DNA of 54,602 nucleotides from Candidatus Woesearchaeota archaeon (GTDB lineage Archaea; Nanobdellota; Nanobdellia; Woesearchaeales; UBA11576): NCBI GenBank assembly GCA_013203345.1, contig JABMQF010000011.1, positions 1 to 54,602 of the forward strand, read 5' to 3'. Shown piece by piece: positions 51,935 to 54,602 of this stretch (position 1 is its first letter; each line of letters starts with the position of its first letter). The notes under the pieces were generated by a model. It saw only the letters and a program-made list of their open reading frames with translations, ran no database searches and was not told where the DNA came from. The position numbers and the translations under genes were made by a program.

Positions 51935-54400
51935 TTAGAAGTACTGTCCGAGCTTACTCTGTTTTTTACCTTTTGATATATCATCTGAGCTATAGTTAAA
52001 CACCTCAAGTATTTTTTCTACTGCAGGCAATACCTGGTTATTGATATAATAATCAGAATCATATTCTCCTTTGCGTACTTCTTCAGGCAGTCTTACTTTA
52101 TCACGTATCTTCTGGCCGTTTGACGTGACCACATAGCGAACTATCATTCCAGGATATATTTCAACACCTCTTTCCTTGAGTCTTTTTGCTGCAGCGACAT
52201 GAGGTCCTATCGACTCATAAGAGTCTATGCTCCTTGTCAGTCTTGTAGGTATTGTAAGATCTTCTGTACCTACCCTTTTCTCCTTGAGCCGCGTTACAAC
52301 ATCCCTGACAAATTCGAATGCTTTTTTTGGGTTGTTATCCTGGAGCACTATGCGAAGAACTTTTTCCTGTGTTGCTTTCGCTATCGGACTGACGTTCCGC
52401 CTAACTGTTTCAAATCCTTTTATTACCAGTTGTCCTTTTTGATCGATAAGCGCGTATTTCTTCTTGGCTCCTACGCCTGATTCTTTCACCGCTACAAAAA
52501 GAGCGCGAGGATATGTTCCTTCGTATTCAAGCTCCATCATGCCAGGTAGTTTAGCATTTATCTCGTCGCAAAAGTTTAACGCGTCTTTCTCTGTCTTGTC
52601 ATTTAAGTGCATGAATACAGAATCAGTGTCTGAGTAAAGGACGTCAAAACCTTTTTTCTTGGCTCCATCTATCACCCTATGTATGTAATGCCTTCCGTAT
52701 GCCGTGACTGATCGTGCGCAGTCCTTACTATACCATCGTGCTGCAAAGAATCCAAGATATCCATAAAATGAGTTTGAAAGTGTCTTTAGGCTTTCCTGTC
52801 TGGCGTCAAGGAATACCCTTTTCTTTTCATCTGATTTTTTCATAATCTCTTTGACTCTCATCCTACGGGTTATTATTTCCTTAAGGACTGTTGAGAAAAA
52901 ACCTTCTTTCTTGCTGCAGAACCAGAGTTGTTTTGTGTCGAGTGGAACTTTTTCTTTTTCCTTGCAGCAATCGCAATTTAGGGTTTCTATGCTTATGTTA
53001 TGTGATACTATTATTGTTGGGTACAGGCTTCTGAAATCAAATACTACAACACCTTCGTATAGACCGGGCTTCGGCTCATATACAAATGCTCCTTTGACAC
53101 GTTCTGACATTCGCTTCTCAAGCTCTTTGTGGTGTGGCCTGTTAGGTATAAACTGATTGAACTCGTCAGCACGGCGTATGATGTACCACTCCACAAGTTG
53201 TGAGTATGACATTCGGTTCGTGTCTTTTATTGTCTGCCCTATAAGCTTTACAAGCTCTATGAGGTTAGGTAAAACTTTTTCGCAGAGGTCGTATGTAAGT
53301 TTGGAATCTTGAAGATTATATTTTGCATAGTTCTTAAGTTCTGGGCTGAGTGTATCCCATGCTTCTGCAAGTCCTTCAATGTCTACATCATCTTTCACTT
53401 CTCCAAGAAGTTCTCCAGCAACCGCATTCAATTTCATAGAATCTGTCTTAAGCCTGCGAGATATCACTCGTTTTATGAAGTTAAGTATGTCAACGTGTAC
53501 AATGCCTGTTGTGTCTATTGATTTTGCATTACCTCTTGGTAATACTGCTTTATCATAGTCCAGACCTATATCGATTTTTATTTTGTACTTCTCACCTCTT
53601 TTGATTATGTATGGAAGATCAAAGCCATCTGAATAATAACCGACAAGCAAGTCAGGGCTTATCTCGTTGACAATCTCTTTGAACCGTTCTATAAGTTCTG
53701 CTTCACCATCAACAAATTCAATATAGTCAAGATCTGCGTTAAATCTCTTCCAGGTTATAACTTTCTTAAAGTTCTTACCATATAAGCTCAGCATTATTAT
53801 TGGATGTTTTTCAGGTAATGATAATCTTCCTTCTGGGTTGTAGGTCTCTATGTCAAAAGCGAGTATGTTCAGTTCATCAAGTGAGTCATTTGAATTCTGT
53901 GTTATGCTCTTTGCTTTAAAGCATGGAACTCTTGATCTTTTTGGGTTTTCAATAGGTTCTGTCTCAACATCTGTGAGGATGAGAGGCACTATTTTCCTGT
54001 CAACAAGGTATCTTCTTGTGAAAAATATATCATATTCAAGAACACTTTTGACACCTTCCATCTTACTGATTTCATGACGCATTCCAGGAACTGCTCTCGG
54101 CAGGTTGACAAATACCTGTATAGCGTCTTCATCTCTTCCATTCAATGTCTTAACAACCTGTTTTACAGAGGTGACTTTGTTTTCCTTGCCTTCTTCTCCA
54201 TTCTTGTAGTTTTCAAGCAGCGTCATAAGATCTGAAGCACTGGCTCCGTTCTCAGGAATTACATAGAAGTAGGGTTCAAACGCATCATCTATGATACATA
54301 TCTGTTTATTTTCAACAGTCCTTCCGTATATGTGAACAACAGCACGTCCTGCTAAAACTTTGTAAGTTACATCTATAGGATAAAACTGCAGCATAGTCAT
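51935..54400 (-). CDS. polB: family-B DNA polymerase (archaeal PolB), intein-free
   Basis: Exo I FDIETYN, Exo II DGFDLPYI, Exo III YNLQDSKLTYDL, motif A DFRSLYPTIIVSHNIS, motif B KTLSNSFYGYLGF and motif C YSDTDSVF, all at normal spacing. Confidence 0.95.
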   Translation of the reverse strand: MTMLQFYPIDVTYKVLAGRAVVHIYGRTVENKQICIIDDAFEPYFYVIPENGASASDLMTLLENYKNGEEGKENKVTSVKQVVKTLNGRDEDAIQVFVNLPRAVPGMRHEISKMEGVKSVLEYDIFFTRRYLVDRKIVPLILTDVETEPIENPKRSRVPCFKAKSITQNSNDSLDELNILAFDIETYNPEGRLSLPEKHPIIMLSLYGKNFKKVITWKRFNADLDYIEFVDGEAELIERFKEIVNEISPDLLVGYYSDGFDLPYIIKRGEKYKIKIDIGLDYDKAVLPRGNAKSIDTTGIVHVDILNFIKRVISRRLKTDSMKLNAVAGELLGEVKDDVDIEGLAEAWDTLSPELKNYAKYNLQDSKLTYDLCEKVLPNLIELVKLIGQTIKDTNRMSYSQLVEWYIIRRADEFNQFIPNRPHHKELEKRMSERVKGAFVYEPKPGLYEGVVVFDFRSLYPTIIVSHNISIETLNCDCCKEKEKVPLDTKQLWFCSKKEGFFSTVLKEIITRRMRVKEIMKKSDEKKRVFLDARQESLKTLSNSFYGYLGFFAARWYSKDCARSVTAYGRHYIHRVIDGAKKKGFDVLYSDTDSVFMHLNDKTEKDALNFCDEINAKLPGMMELEYEGTYPRALFVAVKESGVGAKKKYALIDQKGQLVIKGFETVRRNVSPIAKATQEKVLRIVLQDNNPKKAFEFVRDVVTRLKEKRVGTEDLTIPTRLTRSIDSYESIGPHVAAAKRLKERGVEIYPGMIVRYVVTSNGQKIRDKVRLPEEVRKGEYDSDYYINNQVLPAVEKILEVFNYSSDDISKGKKQSKLGQYF

Positions 54401-54435
54401 GCCATATAAAAAAGCGATTTTCTATATAAATCCAT

Positions 54436-54602
54436 CCCCACAAACCACAACACTCACTACGCTACCTGTACAACCATTGTCATGAACTTCTAGTCCGACA
54501 ACAACAAAGCTGCCTGCACCCGCACAACCAACACCAACCACGCTACCAGCACCCGCACAACCAACAACAAATATGCTGCCTGCGCCACCGTTGCCGCCTA
54601 GC
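54436..54602 (-). repeat. GC-rich dispersed element, copy C (truncated by the window end)
   Basis: The reverse complement, GCTAGGCGGCAACGGTGGCGCAGGCAGC...TTGGTTGTGCGGGTGC (x2)...GTGGTTTGTGGGG, aligns with the right half of copy A. It lies directly upstream of the polB start. Confidence 0.8.

Noticed and set aside
51935-54400. Intein or split arrangement in PolB
   Set aside because: All exonuclease and polymerase motifs are contiguous at normal spacing in an 821-aa protein, which leaves no room for an intein.

Overview
AT-rich archaeal chromosomal segment. The archaeal assignment rests on uS12/uS7 and eL15 ribosomal proteins, a family-B DNA polymerase, Rad50, a tRNA-Tyr with a C1:G72 pair, tRNA introns at non-canonical positions, TTTATAAA TATA boxes and GGAGGTG-type Shine-Dalgarno sites. 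The gene content is many large secreted or anchored repeat proteins, many orphan genes and scattered ribosomal-protein genes. This fits a small-genome DPANN-like archaeon, but that is an inference. I support about 60 CDS, two clear tRNAs (Tyr-GTA with two introns, Pro-GGG with one T-loop intron) and one aberrant tRNA-like gene. I found no rRNA, CRISPR array, transposase or integrase.

Main points of interest:
1. Downstream of tRNA-Tyr lies a mini cassette array. Diverged copies of the tRNA 3' end plus trailer each precede a promoter and one cargo gene: a radical-SAM-like enzyme with a split CX17CX2C loop, and an ART-like 168-aa protein.
2. A 4.5-kb, visibly more AT-rich islet abuts tRNA-Pro and is bounded by 28-nt direct repeats. 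It carries an AAA-ATPase + RloB (AbiL-like) pair, a tandem Lrp regulator and the odd tRNA-like gene.
3. A roughly 270-nt GC-rich element occurs three times in both orientations. It has a long internal palindrome whose arms change in a compensatory way between copies.
4. Duplicated arrays of 13-nt iterons lie upstream of tRNA-Pro.
5. A tandem, strongly structured GC-rich module overlaps one gene's end, upstream of a VIT1-type transporter gene.
6. Two genes are interrupted at T7 homopolymers that sit directly before the stop codon.

All product calls come from motif recognition by eye. No database search was run.
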